Source: a bacterium (GTDB lineage: Bacteria; Electryoneota; JAOADG01). Taken from it: a stretch of 64,000 bases of DNA. How positions within the stretch are numbered: the stretch's first letter is position 1; the number at the start of each line of letters is the position of its first letter. The translations under genes and the position numbers were made by a program. A model generated the notes under the pieces. The model saw only the letters and a program-made list of their open reading frames with translations. It did no database searches and was not told the DNA's origin. Positions 10,584 through 19,693 of this stretch are shown piece after piece. Where the stretch lies: the NCBI GenBank assembly GCA_026417415.1, contig JAOADG010000008.1, positions 515,432-579,431 on the forward strand, written 5' to 3'.

Positions 10584-10612
10584 AAAGGGTGGGTAAACCC
10601 ACCCTTTTTTAT
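10584..10612 (+). terminator. Rho-independent terminator after the DUF4920 gene
   Basis: AAAGGGTGGGT-AA-ACCCACCCTTTTTT forms a perfect GC-rich stem followed by a T6 run. It lies inside the over-extended track ORF for mntP, which argues for the downstream start. Confidence 0.75.
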
Positions 10613-10618
10613 ATCACT

Positions 10619-11185
10619 ATGATTGAAATCTTTGTTTTATCTTTAGCATTAGCAACTGATGCTTTTGCCGTGGGATTAGTATCGGGAATAAAGTATAAAT
10701 CATCACGACAAATTTTTCGACTCTCTTTTCATTTCGGATTGTTTCAATTCATATTATCTCTATTGGGGGCTACACTTTTACTCATGGTTGAACGCTATGT
10801 AAGTGCTTTTGATCATTGGATAGCATTCATTTTACTTGGTTTGATCGGATTAAAAATGATTCACAATGGGATCAAGTCAGAAACTGAAAATGAGATACGA
10901 CAATACGATGCTACTCGAGGTCTAACTCTTATAGGATTGTCATTGGCAGTTAGTATAGATGCTTTAGCAGCAGGGATTTCAATCCCTACGATAACATCGC
11001 ATTATTTTATTTCTACGATTTTAATCGGAATTATCGCAGGTTTGGGTACCTTTTTAGCAATGAAGTTATCGGGGTTAGTTCCTATTCAATTTGCAAAGCG
11101 TAGTGAAATAATTGGAGGAATTGTTTTAATAGGGATTGGATTCAAGATAGTATTGGATCATCTAAACATCAACGATATAATTTAA
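10619..11185 (+). CDS. mntP: Manganese efflux pump MntP (DUF204 family)
   Basis: MIEIFVLSLALATDAFAVG... and ...SIDALAAGIS... form the duplicated DUF204 halves; EIIGGIVLIGIGFKIV at the C-terminus matches E. coli MntP closely. The start was moved to ATG 10619 because the terminator lies upstream. Confidence 0.85.
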   Translation: MIEIFVLSLALATDAFAVGLVSGIKYKSSRQIFRLSFHFGLFQFILSLLGATLLLMVERYVSAFDHWIAFILLGLIGLKMIHNGIKSETENEIRQYDATRGLTLIGLSLAVSIDALAAGISIPTITSHYFISTILIGIIAGLGTFLAMKLSGLVPIQFAKRSEIIGGIVLIGIGFKIVLDHLNINDII

Positions 11186-11465
11186 TATTTTTGTTACATA
11201 AATATTATTTAATTCCATAGATAGAATCTGGTTAGAGTTAAAAGAGTTAGTATTGATTTGACGCTTGGATTGTCTTTAAGTAAAGAATAATGACAAATTT
11301 TTCAAATATTTTGGTTCGTTGTTAATTTGTTTAATAGTTCAGAACTTGTAGTGAGTTTGATTGGATTACGTGCACAAAAAAGTTGGTTCTACTGTTCTTA
11401 TTTCTTAATAGTGATTAAAAAATCTTTTCGTTCATTCAAATCTCTTTATTAGTATTGGTAGTGTT

Positions 11466-12716
11466 ATGGGTAAATTTCAATCTGTGTTAGCTGTTCCAAT
11501 AATCATATTGATTGTATGGTTTTTGTTGTCTGAAAATAAAAAACGATTTCCTTGGAGGACTGTTTTGTGGGGACTGGGATTACAAATCGTTTTTGCTGTT
11601 TTTATCCTGAAATTTCCATTAGGTGTTAAGATCTTAGATTCGTTTGCAAACTTTGTAACAAAGTTTTTATCTCTTTCGAAATACGGTTCTGAGTTTTTAT
11701 TTGGAAACATTGTTAAATCAGAATATATCAATACATTCGGCTTTCAATTTGCTTTTCTCATACTTCCTACAGTGATTTTCTTTTCTTCATTTATGGCTAT
11801 TTTGTATCACTTGAAATTAATTCAACCCGTTATAGAATTTATTGCGAGAATTATGTCAAAAACGATGAAAACGAGTGGTGTAGAAACGTTATCCTGTGCT
11901 GCTAACATTTTTATTGGTCAAACTGAAGCACCACTATTGGTACGACCATTTCTTAAAGATGCAACCAGATCAGAACTTGCCACGATTATGGTCGGAGGTT
12001 TTGCAACAATAGCAGGAGGGGTACTTGCAGGGTTTGTTTCAATGGGTATTCCTGCAAAACATTTGATTGCAGCTTCGGTAATGTCTGCACCTGCAGCGTT
12101 GTTACTTGCAAAGGTAGCTTTTCCTGAAACAGAACAATCTAAAACTTATGGTAAAGTTAAAGTACCACGTGAAAAGATGTATGCAAACCTTATAGATGCT
12201 GCCTCAACCGGTGCAACTGACGGATTAAAACTTGCATTAAACATTGCAGCGATGTTAATAGCTTTTTTGGCACTGTTGGAAGGAATCAATTGGTTTCTTA
12301 AATGGGCTTCGGAACAAATATGGTATTATACCAATCTGACGTTTTTCCCAAGTTCGCTAAGAGAACTATTTGGATTGGTTTTAGCACCTTTTGCTTGGCT
12401 TATTGGAATTCCTTGGTCAGATGCACCTGATATTGGCTACTTGATTGGTACACAGTTGTCTATGAATGAATTTGTTGCTTATACGAAGTTATCAGAAATG
12501 AAAGCGCAAAATTTATTATCAGAAAGAACCATTGCTATAACAACCTATGCACTATGTACCTTTGCAAATTTTTCAAGTATTGCTATCCAAATTGGGGGCA
12601 TAGGTGCCATTGTTCCTGAACGTAGAACCGAATTGGCACAAATTGGTTTGAAAGCAATGATCTGTGGATCTTTAGCAAGTTGGATTACAGCAAGTGTCGC
12701 TTCACTATTCCTCTAA
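11466..12716 (+). CDS. nupC: Concentrative nucleoside transporter, NupC/CNT family
   Basis: 416 aa polytopic membrane protein. Its N-terminal LQIVFAVFILKFPLG region and overall architecture match the CNT family. Confidence 0.7.
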   Translation: MGKFQSVLAVPIIILIVWFLLSENKKRFPWRTVLWGLGLQIVFAVFILKFPLGVKILDSFANFVTKFLSLSKYGSEFLFGNIVKSEYINTFGFQFAFLILPTVIFFSSFMAILYHLKLIQPVIEFIARIMSKTMKTSGVETLSCAANIFIGQTEAPLLVRPFLKDATRSELATIMVGGFATIAGGVLAGFVSMGIPAKHLIAASVMSAPAALLLAKVAFPETEQSKTYGKVKVPREKMYANLIDAASTGATDGLKLALNIAAMLIAFLALLEGINWFLKWASEQIWYYTNLTFFPSSLRELFGLVLAPFAWLIGIPWSDAPDIGYLIGTQLSMNEFVAYTKLSEMKAQNLLSERTIAITTYALCTFANFSSIAIQIGGIGAIVPERRTELAQIGLKAMICGSLASWITASVASLFL

Positions 12717-12717
12717 A

Positions 12718-13746
12718 ATGGTTGAAAAATATAAAATAGCAGTGTTTGGTGCGACGGGGCTGACAGGTCGAACCTTTCTAAGAATTTGTGAAGAAAACTC
12801 TATTCCCTACGAAAACATTGATGTCTTTGCATCTGAAAACTCTAAAGATTTATTGATCCCTTATCTTGGAGAGAAACTAAAGGTTCGCACGATTAGTCAA
12901 TTAGGTAAACAGTATGACTTTATATTTGGTTTTTGTTCCAATGCAGTAACGAAACAGTATCAAGATCTGTGGTTACAGCATTCTAAAATAGTAATTGATA
13001 ATTCATCTGCATTTCGATTACAGCAAGATGTTCCACTGATTGTTCCTGAAGTTAATATTGAAACGTTTAATCACTCCAAACGGTGGATTTCCAATCCCAA
13101 TTGTTCAACCATACAATTGGTTCGTGTTTTGCATCGGTTAAGATCACTCGGTATTGTAACTATACATATTGCTACCTATCAATCCGTTTCTGGTGCAGGT
13201 AGATTAGCAATGTTTGAGTGGGAAAACCAAAAAGTTGGAAAAGATTTGTACCAATTATTTCCAGAGATAGTTCATCAAAATGTGATTCCCAGAATAGGTG
13301 AAATTGATAAAACAGATGGTTTTACTGTTGAAGAAAAAAAATTAATCCGTGAAACACAAAAAATCTTAAACTGTCAAATGTGCATTATTCCTACTTGTGT
13401 TCGTGTACCAGTTGAAGTTGGTCACTCTGAAGCAGTAACCATTCACTTTTCCTCACCAGTTGAGAAACATTCTATTGTTCAACTTTTATCAAGTGATTTA
13501 GATATTGAAGTTCGAGATGAGTATAACAGTCAGAAAGTACCTACCCCAAAAGATGTTGCAGGAACGGATAAAATTCTTGTAGGCCGAATTCGTGTACATC
13601 CTACTGAACCAACCATTGTATCCCTATGGATTGTTGCAGACAATTTGAGAGTTGGTGCAGCAACCAATGCGTTTCGCATTTTTCAAAAAATCGGTTCAAT
13701 AGACGGTCTCGATCCTTTCTATAGGAACAAAGAGCGTATCTTTTGA
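12718..13746 (+). CDS. asd: Aspartate-semialdehyde dehydrogenase
   Basis: KIAVFGATGLTGR Rossmann motif and the NPNCSTI active-site Cys motif. The start was moved to ATG 12718, just after the nupC stop at 12716. Confidence 0.85.
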   Translation: MVEKYKIAVFGATGLTGRTFLRICEENSIPYENIDVFASENSKDLLIPYLGEKLKVRTISQLGKQYDFIFGFCSNAVTKQYQDLWLQHSKIVIDNSSAFRLQQDVPLIVPEVNIETFNHSKRWISNPNCSTIQLVRVLHRLRSLGIVTIHIATYQSVSGAGRLAMFEWENQKVGKDLYQLFPEIVHQNVIPRIGEIDKTDGFTVEEKKLIRETQKILNCQMCIIPTCVRVPVEVGHSEAVTIHFSSPVEKHSIVQLLSSDLDIEVRDEYNSQKVPTPKDVAGTDKILVGRIRVHPTEPTIVSLWIVADNLRVGAATNAFRIFQKIGSIDGLDPFYRNKERIF

Positions 13747-14181
13747 TTTTGGTTCAATCCAACATAATGTAATTTTCTTATTCGTCACGGATACTATTTC
13801 ATACATTAATTCAAAATTGACTGAGTCATTTTTGTTCAATGTACGATTTTGTATTTCTTTCAATTCTGAATTAAGTATGGGAAGACATTTTTCTTCTGAA
13901 ACAAATGATACAATAGGTGTGACAATTATACCTGCACCAAATGCTGTAAATGTCATTTTGATTCGAATCGTGGGTGCTTTAGGTTGTGTTCGTGGCATTC
14001 TATCAATCCAAGCATAAACGTCATCTAAACGAAGGCGGCAAGCATTATTTTGGATATCATTTTGAGCTTGAGTTTGATTGATAGTAGATGAAACTGATTT
14101 TGGTTTTGACATTCCAGAGAGTAGTATTGCTATTCCTACGAGTATTGGGATAAATCCTAACATTAATTTATACAACTTCAT
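13696..14181 (-). CDS. Hypothetical membrane-anchored protein
   Basis: N-terminal TM or signal segment LGFIPILVGIAILLSG. It overlaps the upstream HD-GYP gene by 14 nt. Confidence 0.4.
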   Translation of the reverse strand: MKLYKLMLGFIPILVGIAILLSGMSKPKSVSSTINQTQAQNDIQNNACRLRLDDVYAWIDRMPRTQPKAPTIRIKMTFTAFGAGIIVTPIVSFVSEEKCLPILNSELKEIQNRTLNKNDSVNFELMYEIVSVTNKKITLCWIEPKSKDTLFVPIERIETVY

Positions 14182-16036
14182 TTTTTAATTCTCCACTAAT
14201 TAAATCAATATCAATTTGATTAGGTTGAACATACTCTTGAACGTACCTTGCCATTACACCGCTACGAATAAATAGTTCAAATACATTTTTATCCAGTTCT
14301 TGAAACTTTACCATCGTGGATAAAATTTTTAAAACTTCACTCATCGGTTTGGCTTTTTTATATGGTCGATCAGGCGCAGACAATGCTTCAAAAACATCTG
14401 CTAATGCCATGATTCGGGCCTGTAAAGGAAGATCGTCACCTTTTAACCCACGTGGATAACCCTTTCCGTTTACAAACTCGTGATGTCCACCAGCATATTC
14501 TGCTACATTTTGTAATTTTCTGGGGAATGGTAACTTTTCCAAGATGTTGATTGTTTGAACCACATGATCATTCATTTTTGCCTTTTCTTCAGGATTAAGC
14601 GTCCCTTTAGCAATGAGTAAGTTGTGCAATTCATTGGGTGTTAAATAGTTTCTTACACTGCTTTGTTTCGGCATAGGTCTTGCATCACGTGGTCCTACCC
14701 ATTCTTGCTCATTTACCCACGTAAAACGAGACAGATATCCTGCATAGGGAACGTTTTGCTTCAATGATAATTCTTCGGGGATACAATAATTTTCACTTGC
14801 AATTTGTTTAAAAATTGTGGCGATTTCTTCTTTTAAGAATTCTGCACCCAGGTTGTATTGTTCAATAAGGCGCCAATAGGTCTCAATTTTATTCAATTCC
14901 TGCTTAAATTCATCATCCCACTTACTAAATTCATCTAAGTTAACATTCCCGTTTTCATAGGCGTATAGCTTTTTTCTAAGCAATTCATTTTGTTTCAAAC
15001 ATCGAATTGTTTCAAAACGCTGTTTGATTAAATCTATGCGATCTACATATGCTTCTAATTTTGTTGCTTTAAACATGACCGTATCTGGGGTTGTAATTTT
15101 CCCAGTGTCATGTAACCATGCAGCCATTTTTAGTTCGTATAGCTCATCTTGTGTAAAATGAATCTGATCAAAAGGAGCGGTATTGCATTGGTTTAAAGCT
15201 TCTGCGATCATCATGGTCAAAATTGCAACACGTGAAATGTGTCCACCTGTTACCTCATCTTTGGCATCAATTGATTGTGCAATGGATTGAATGAATGAAT
15301 CCAATAATTCCTTTAACGAACGTATAAGTTGAGTGTTCGTAATTGCAACGGCGGCTTGCATTGCAAGTGATAGATTAAGAAGTTCATTTTCTTTGGAAAA
15401 AGGTATAATGTTTTTTGATTCGTCTAAGGCATTAATGAGTTGTAAAACAGCCACAATCTCGTTTTCATGATTCTTCAGTGGAATAACCAACATGGATTTT
15501 GTGCGATAGTTGTTCAGTTCATCAAATCGTTTTGCACCTTTAAAGTCAAAACCTTCCGCCACATATACATCTTCTAAATTGATGATTTCACCAGTCAATG
15601 CCACGTGTGCACTAGCGTTATGATGATTTTCATTTCCGTCGATGTAGAGAGGAATATCAGGAATAGTGATGGGGTTACCACTTGTTCCACCTTGCCAAAG
15701 TTTTAAGGTATGATTTGAAACTACAACCCATTGTAAGGCAATAGGATTCCCCTTCTTATCCGATTTAACTAAATAAAAGGTACCTCCATCAGCGTTATTT
15801 AGACGCATTAATTCAACTAAAATCATCTCTAAAAGAGTAGGCATATCCTTTTCTGCACCGAGGGCAGCACCGATCGTTGCTAACCGCGAAATTTGTTCAT
15901 TTTGATCTGTAACCAATTGTTCTACAAAGTTTCGAAGTTCAATTAGAGTTTTATAAAAAAGTGGCTGACGGCTACAATTAGAAAGTAAAAAGTCAAAACG
16001 TGTAAGAATTTCTTTGTCCATCAAGTTGGAATTCAT
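14168..16036 (-). CDS. GAF domain - HD-GYP phosphodiesterase (cyclic-di-GMP signalling)
   Basis: HDTGKITTPD (HD) and GGHHEFVNGKGYPRGLKGDD (GYP) motifs in the C-terminal half, with a GAF-like N-terminal domain. Confidence 0.8.
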   Translation of the reverse strand: MNSNLMDKEILTRFDFLLSNCSRQPLFYKTLIELRNFVEQLVTDQNEQISRLATIGAALGAEKDMPTLLEMILVELMRLNNADGGTFYLVKSDKKGNPIALQWVVVSNHTLKLWQGGTSGNPITIPDIPLYIDGNENHHNASAHVALTGEIINLEDVYVAEGFDFKGAKRFDELNNYRTKSMLVIPLKNHENEIVAVLQLINALDESKNIIPFSKENELLNLSLAMQAAVAITNTQLIRSLKELLDSFIQSIAQSIDAKDEVTGGHISRVAILTMMIAEALNQCNTAPFDQIHFTQDELYELKMAAWLHDTGKITTPDTVMFKATKLEAYVDRIDLIKQRFETIRCLKQNELLRKKLYAYENGNVNLDEFSKWDDEFKQELNKIETYWRLIEQYNLGAEFLKEEIATIFKQIASENYCIPEELSLKQNVPYAGYLSRFTWVNEQEWVGPRDARPMPKQSSVRNYLTPNELHNLLIAKGTLNPEEKAKMNDHVVQTINILEKLPFPRKLQNVAEYAGGHHEFVNGKGYPRGLKGDDLPLQARIMALADVFEALSAPDRPYKKAKPMSEVLKILSTMVKFQELDKNVFELFIRSGVMARYVQEYVQPNQIDIDLISGELKNEVV

Positions 16037-16105
16037 TTTTTTCCCCTGATATGATCTAAATAAAGTAAATCAATTCAATATAGAAATAAATTCGTTTTTC
16101 TAAAC

Positions 16106-16134
16106 TTGACTATTCGTATCGTATATGGTAAATT
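16106..16134 (+). promoter_or_regulatory. Putative sigma70-type promoter (TTGACT-17 nt-TAAATT) driving the small-protein / tRNA / rplU-rpmA operon
   Basis: TTGACT at 16106..16111, a 17-nt spacer, then TAAATT at 16129..16134. AAGAGG lies at 16145..16150 ahead of ATG 16157. The track's TTG start at 16106 is probably not translated. Confidence 0.3.
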
Positions 16135-16156
16135 AATTCGCTCAAAGAGGTCTAAT

Positions 16157-16405
16157 ATGGCGAAACAAAAAAAAATTACCAAAATTCAAAGGCCTTTATT
16201 TAGTAAAAGAAATTGGCGATGGTTAGGCACAGGAATTGGAGTGATTCTGTTAGGGTATTTGGCATTAATGCAAGGACCATACAATAATCCCCTTTCATTG
16301 ACAGTGGCTCCGATACTATTGACGATTGGCTATTGCATTTTAATCCCTATTGGTTTAGCCATTAGGCCTCATTTAGACGAGCAAAGTAAATCGGAAAAAA
16401 AGTAA
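16157..16405 (+). CDS. Small membrane protein (82 aa, two TM helices), hypothetical
   Basis: MAKQKKITKIQRPLFSKRNWRWLGTGIGVILLGYLAL... The gene ends 2 nt before tRNA-Val. Confidence 0.4.
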   Translation: MAKQKKITKIQRPLFSKRNWRWLGTGIGVILLGYLALMQGPYNNPLSLTVAPILLTIGYCILIPIGLAIRPHLDEQSKSEKK

Positions 16406-16407
16406 AT

Positions 16408-16481
16408 GGGCGATTAGCTCAGTTGGCTAGAGCATCTGCTTTACACGCAGGGGGTCGCTGGTTCAAGTCCGGCATCGCCCA
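16408..16481 (+). tRNA. tRNA-Val (anticodon TAC)
   Basis: GGGCGAT acceptor paired with ATCGCCC; anticodon loop TTTACAC; GTTCAAGTC T-loop; no encoded CCA. Confidence 0.9.
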
Positions 16482-16531
16482 CAAAATTTGGAATATCTAT
16501 TTCCAATGTTATCTTTCTTTTTAAAGAAGAA

Positions 16532-16605
<74 letters not shown>

Positions 16606-16629
16606 CCAATAATAAGAAAATATTAATTA

Positions 16630-16702
16630 GCCGCTTTAGCTCAGGTGGTAGAGCAATGGACTGAAAATCCATGTGTCCCCAGTTCGAGTCTGGGAGGCGG
16701 CA
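16630..16702 (+). tRNA. tRNA-Phe (anticodon GAA)
   Basis: GCCGCTT/AGGCGGC acceptor stem, anticodon loop CTGAAAA, AGTTCGAGT T-loop. Confidence 0.9.
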
Positions 16703-16732
16703 CTTGTTAAATTCATACATTGAGGATTAAAA

Positions 16733-17044
16733 GTGTACGCTATCGCTGAAATTTCAGGTTCACAAGTACGTTTAGAAAATGGTAAAAAAGTTCGTGTTCC
16801 TAAACTTAATAATGAAATTGGCAGTAAAATTGAATTGAGCCGTTTTTTACTGACAGTTAATGATCAAGGTGAAGTCAAAGTAGGTACCCCTTTCGTAGAT
16901 GGAAATGCAACTTTATCTGTACTTGAGCATAAAAGAGACAAAAAAATACATCTATTTAAGAAAAAGCGCAGAAAGGGATACGTTAAACAAGGTTCGCACA
17001 GGCAACACTATACAGTTGTGTACGTGGAAACGCTATCTGTTTAA
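16733..17044 (+). CDS. rplU: 50S ribosomal protein L21
   Basis: GTG start preceded by TGAGGAT; [25 protein letters not shown] matches the L21 N-terminus. Confidence 0.9.
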   Translation: MYAIAEISGSQVRLENGKKVRVPKLNNEIGSKIELSRFLLTVNDQGEVKVGTPFVDGNATLSVLEHKRDKKIHLFKKKRRKGYVKQGSHRQHYTVVYVETLSV

Positions 17045-17058
17045 TAAGGAGTAGAGTT

Positions 17059-17319
17059 ATGGCACATAAAAAAGGAGTTGGAAGTTCAAGGAACGGACGT
17101 GATTCAAATCCAAAAATGCTTGGTGTTAAAAAGTCCGGTGGTGAATTAGTAATTCCCGGCAATATCATTCTTAGACAAAGAGGAACTCGCTTCCACCCGG
17201 GCTTAAATGTTGGAATGGGTAAAGATCATACGATTTTTGCGAAAATAGAAGGTAAAGTAAAATTTTATACCCGTAATAATCGCCGATGGGTCTCTGTAGA
17301 ACCTATTAATACTGATTAA
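17059..17319 (+). CDS. rpmA: 50S ribosomal protein L27
   Basis: [48 protein letters not shown] is a canonical L27 sequence. Confidence 0.9.
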   Translation: MAHKKGVGSSRNGRDSNPKMLGVKKSGGELVIPGNIILRQRGTRFHPGLNVGMGKDHTIFAKIEGKVKFYTRNNRRWVSVEPINTD

Positions 17320-17335
17320 ATAATTGGGATTTAAA

Positions 17336-17368
17336 TAAAAACGGTACTCAGAAGAGTACCGTTTTTTA
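17336..17368. terminator. Bidirectional rho-independent terminator between rpmA and the convergent minus-strand gene
   Basis: AAAAACGGTACTC-AGAA-GAGTACCGTTTTTT: a 9-bp stem with an A-run upstream and a T-run downstream. Confidence 0.7.
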
Positions 17369-17384
17369 TTGTATTTAATGGTGT

Positions 17385-17891
17385 TTAATCGTCATCATCT
17401 TCTTTTTCAAATCCATCTTTATCCATCCACCATGGACCATAACCAAATGGATGTCTTTCACCTGCCCAAGGAGGAGCACCATAACCAAAACCAAACGGAG
17501 GTGGTCCAAAGGGAGGTTCACAACATCCACAGTCCCACCAACCACGACCTTTTTTGCCCTTGAATTTGGGTGGTTTAACAAAACCTAAATTTCCTATCCG
17601 TTTTGCATGGTGACGTGCTTTAATTAATGCAGAATGTGCATCCTGTTCCTTTCCTTGATTTAGAAGTTTTTTTGCATTTTCAATTTCTTTTTTTGCTTCT
17701 TGTAGTGCTTGTTCACGTAGTTCCATTGCAGTTTTACTGAAAACTTCAAGGTCTTGAATACGTTCATCCCAAATTTTGATTTGTTCTTTTAGATCAGGTG
17801 TTATCGGAGTACTCTCTTTTGGTTTGTTTTGGGCAAAACTTGAAAGAACCAATAGAAACAAAGAAAACAGGATAAGTAATTTTTTGCGCAT
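17385..17891 (-). CDS. Periplasmic CpxP/Spy/ZraP-like protein with a Cys/Pro/Gly/Trp-rich C-terminal tail
   Basis: Signal peptide MRKKLLILFSLFLLVLSSFA; a helical region with an LTxxQ-like ITPDLKEQIK motif; the tail reads GWWDCGCCEPPFGPPPFGFGYGAPPWAGERHPFGYGPWWMDKDGFEKEDDDD. Confidence 0.45.
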   Translation of the reverse strand: MRKKLLILFSLFLLVLSSFAQNKPKESTPITPDLKEQIKIWDERIQDLEVFSKTAMELREQALQEAKKEIENAKKLLNQGKEQDAHSALIKARHHAKRIGNLGFVKPPKFKGKKGRGWWDCGCCEPPFGPPPFGFGYGAPPWAGERHPFGYGPWWMDKDGFEKEDDDD

Positions 17892-17991
17892 ATTTTTCTC
17901 CTTATTGAATTGAGTAAAGTGACGTATTGTCTTATCACTTTGACAACCATCCAGTTGAAAAGTTTAAATCAAGATTGTAGAAGTTGTAAAA

Positions 17992-18837
17992 CTAAAATTC
18001 AGGTGAGTTTTTAGCGATGAACACGGGACAAGGAGACATCCGCACGACACGTTCAGTTGTAGAACCAAGAAGTAATTCTCGCATTCCCCCACTTCCGTGT
18101 GGTCCAATCACCAATAATTGTGCATTTAATTGTTCTGCAAGTGCGACCATTTCTTTTGAAGCTATACCAGTTAGTACATGATGATGAGACAATGTTGGAA
18201 TAGGAATATTTGAATCGAAGTTTTTGAATGCTTCTAAAATGGTCTGTTCTGCATTGGGTACTAAATTTTGCAATGAAGGAAATTCAAAAGGTGTTCCTTG
18301 AAATACACCACTTTCAATGGTATGTAAGATATGGATTTCGCCATCACATTGCTTGGAAATATACTTTGCCCAATTCAGTGCTTGTCGTGAAGGCAAAGAA
18401 AAATCAATACCTACTAAAATTACTTTAATTAAATTTGGAACTTGTTGTTTGGTGTTGCAAGGTACAAGAATAACAGGAGTAGGCGTGTGACGCATGACTT
18501 GTTCTGTGATTGATCCTAACATCCATTTGGCTAATGGATGTCGTCCATGAGTACTCATAATCAATAAAGTCGGATTATTGGTTGTACACGCCTGTATAAT
18601 TTGTGTACTCGGATCTTTACTAAAAGTAAATTGAAACTGATAGTTAGTTTGTGTTTTTTGTAGTTCATTTACAAACTGCTCTTTCATTGATTCTATATGA
18701 GTATCTTCGTCATTTGAAGATTTGCAATGCATGATTTGAATTTCAGCATTGAGAATGGATGCAAAAGAAATTGCATACTGAAGTGCAGTAAAAGAAGGTT
18801 TAGCAAAATCGGTCGGAAATAAAATGGTCTTTTTCAT
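17992..18837 (-). CDS. Tandem universal stress protein (two UspA domains)
   Basis: Two ~140-aa repeats, each ending in a G-x2-G-x9-G(S/T) ATP-binding-like motif (ILVPCN..., IGPHGSGGMRELLLGSTTERVV). Confidence 0.75.
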   Translation of the reverse strand: MKKTILFPTDFAKPSFTALQYAISFASILNAEIQIMHCKSSNDEDTHIESMKEQFVNELQKTQTNYQFQFTFSKDPSTQIIQACTTNNPTLLIMSTHGRHPLAKWMLGSITEQVMRHTPTPVILVPCNTKQQVPNLIKVILVGIDFSLPSRQALNWAKYISKQCDGEIHILHTIESGVFQGTPFEFPSLQNLVPNAEQTILEAFKNFDSNIPIPTLSHHHVLTGIASKEMVALAEQLNAQLLVIGPHGSGGMRELLLGSTTERVVRMSPCPVFIAKNSPEF

Positions 18838-18844
18838 ACGTTCA

Positions 18845-19693
18845 CTACTCGTCCGTTTTCAATCGTAACTCTTTTACTGTTTCATTCAAACGATAAATTT
18901 GCTCTAATAATGTACGAAATAGTTCTAAGGTGAGCATATTCGGGCCATCAGAAGGAGCAAAATCTGGATTAGGGTGAACTTCTAAAAACACACCATCAAT
19001 TCCAACCGCTACTGCAGCACGAACTAATCCTAAAACTTCAAAGCGATTCCCGATACTTTTTCCAACTCCTCCACCTAACTGTTGGACAGAATGGGTTCCA
19101 TCAAAGATGACAGGAAAACCTTGTTGACGAATACGAGACAAACTTCGCATATCAACCACTAAATCTCTATAACCAAAACAAGTTCCTCTTTCAGTAATTA
19201 AGATTTTAGGGTTACCTGTCTGTTTTACTTTTTCTGCGGCATATTTTATATCGTCAGGGTGTAAAAATTGCCCTTTTTTAATATTTACAGTTTTATTCGT
19301 CTTTCCAGCACTTTGTAATAAAGTGGTTTGTCGGCAAAGAAATGCAGGAATTTGCAAAATATCCACAACTTCTGCTACTAATGCACATTCTGTACTTTCA
19401 TGTACGTCTGTCAAAACGGGAACACCAACTTTTGATTTTACTTCTGAAAGAATAGATAAACCTTGTTCTAAACCGGGTCCTCTTGGAGACAGTCCAGAAG
19501 TTCTATTTGCTTTATCATAACTTGCCTTAAAAACAAATTGAAATGGATAAGGTTTAAGAACTTCTTTTAATTTTTCTGCCCATTTGATTGTAAAATCACG
19601 TTCTTCAATAACGCAAGGGCCCGCAATCAACAATAATGGTTCCTCTGTTCCTACTTTGAGATTGGATGTAATTTCAAAAGTTGAAACCATCAT
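18845..19693 (-). CDS. kdsA: 3-deoxy-8-phosphooctulonate synthase (KDO8P synthase)
   Basis: FKASYDKANRTSG...GPGLEQG...TDVHE...QIPAFLCRQT...VIFDGTHSVQ align residue-for-residue with E. coli KdsA. Confidence 0.9.
   Translation of the reverse strand: MMVSTFEITSNLKVGTEEPLLLIAGPCVIEERDFTIKWAEKLKEVLKPYPFQFVFKASYDKANRTSGLSPRGPGLEQGLSILSEVKSKVGVPVLTDVHESTECALVAEVVDILQIPAFLCRQTTLLQSAGKTNKTVNIKKGQFLHPDDIKYAAEKVKQTGNPKILITERGTCFGYRDLVVDMRSLSRIRQQGFPVIFDGTHSVQQLGGGVGKSIGNRFEVLGLVRAAVAVGIDGVFLEVHPNPDFAPSDGPNMLTLELFRTLLEQIYRLNETVKELRLKTDE

Noticed and set aside
10574-10618. Longer N-terminal extension of mntP (MKEKRVGKPTLFYIT...)
   Set aside because: The extension is encoded by the terminator hairpin of the upstream gene. 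The MntP homology begins at the internal Met (10619).
11186-11465. 280-bp AT-rich non-coding interval upstream of nupC, inspected for a riboswitch, small RNA or CRISPR-like repeats
   Set aside because: I found no convincing conserved helices or periodic direct repeats by eye; most likely an extended promoter or UTR. A covariance-model scan would be needed to exclude a nucleoside-responsive element.
16106-16156. TTG start of the small membrane protein as given by the track
   Set aside because: The segment reads as a sigma70-type promoter (TTGACT-17-TAAATT) followed by AAGAGG and an ATG. Translation most likely begins at 16157.
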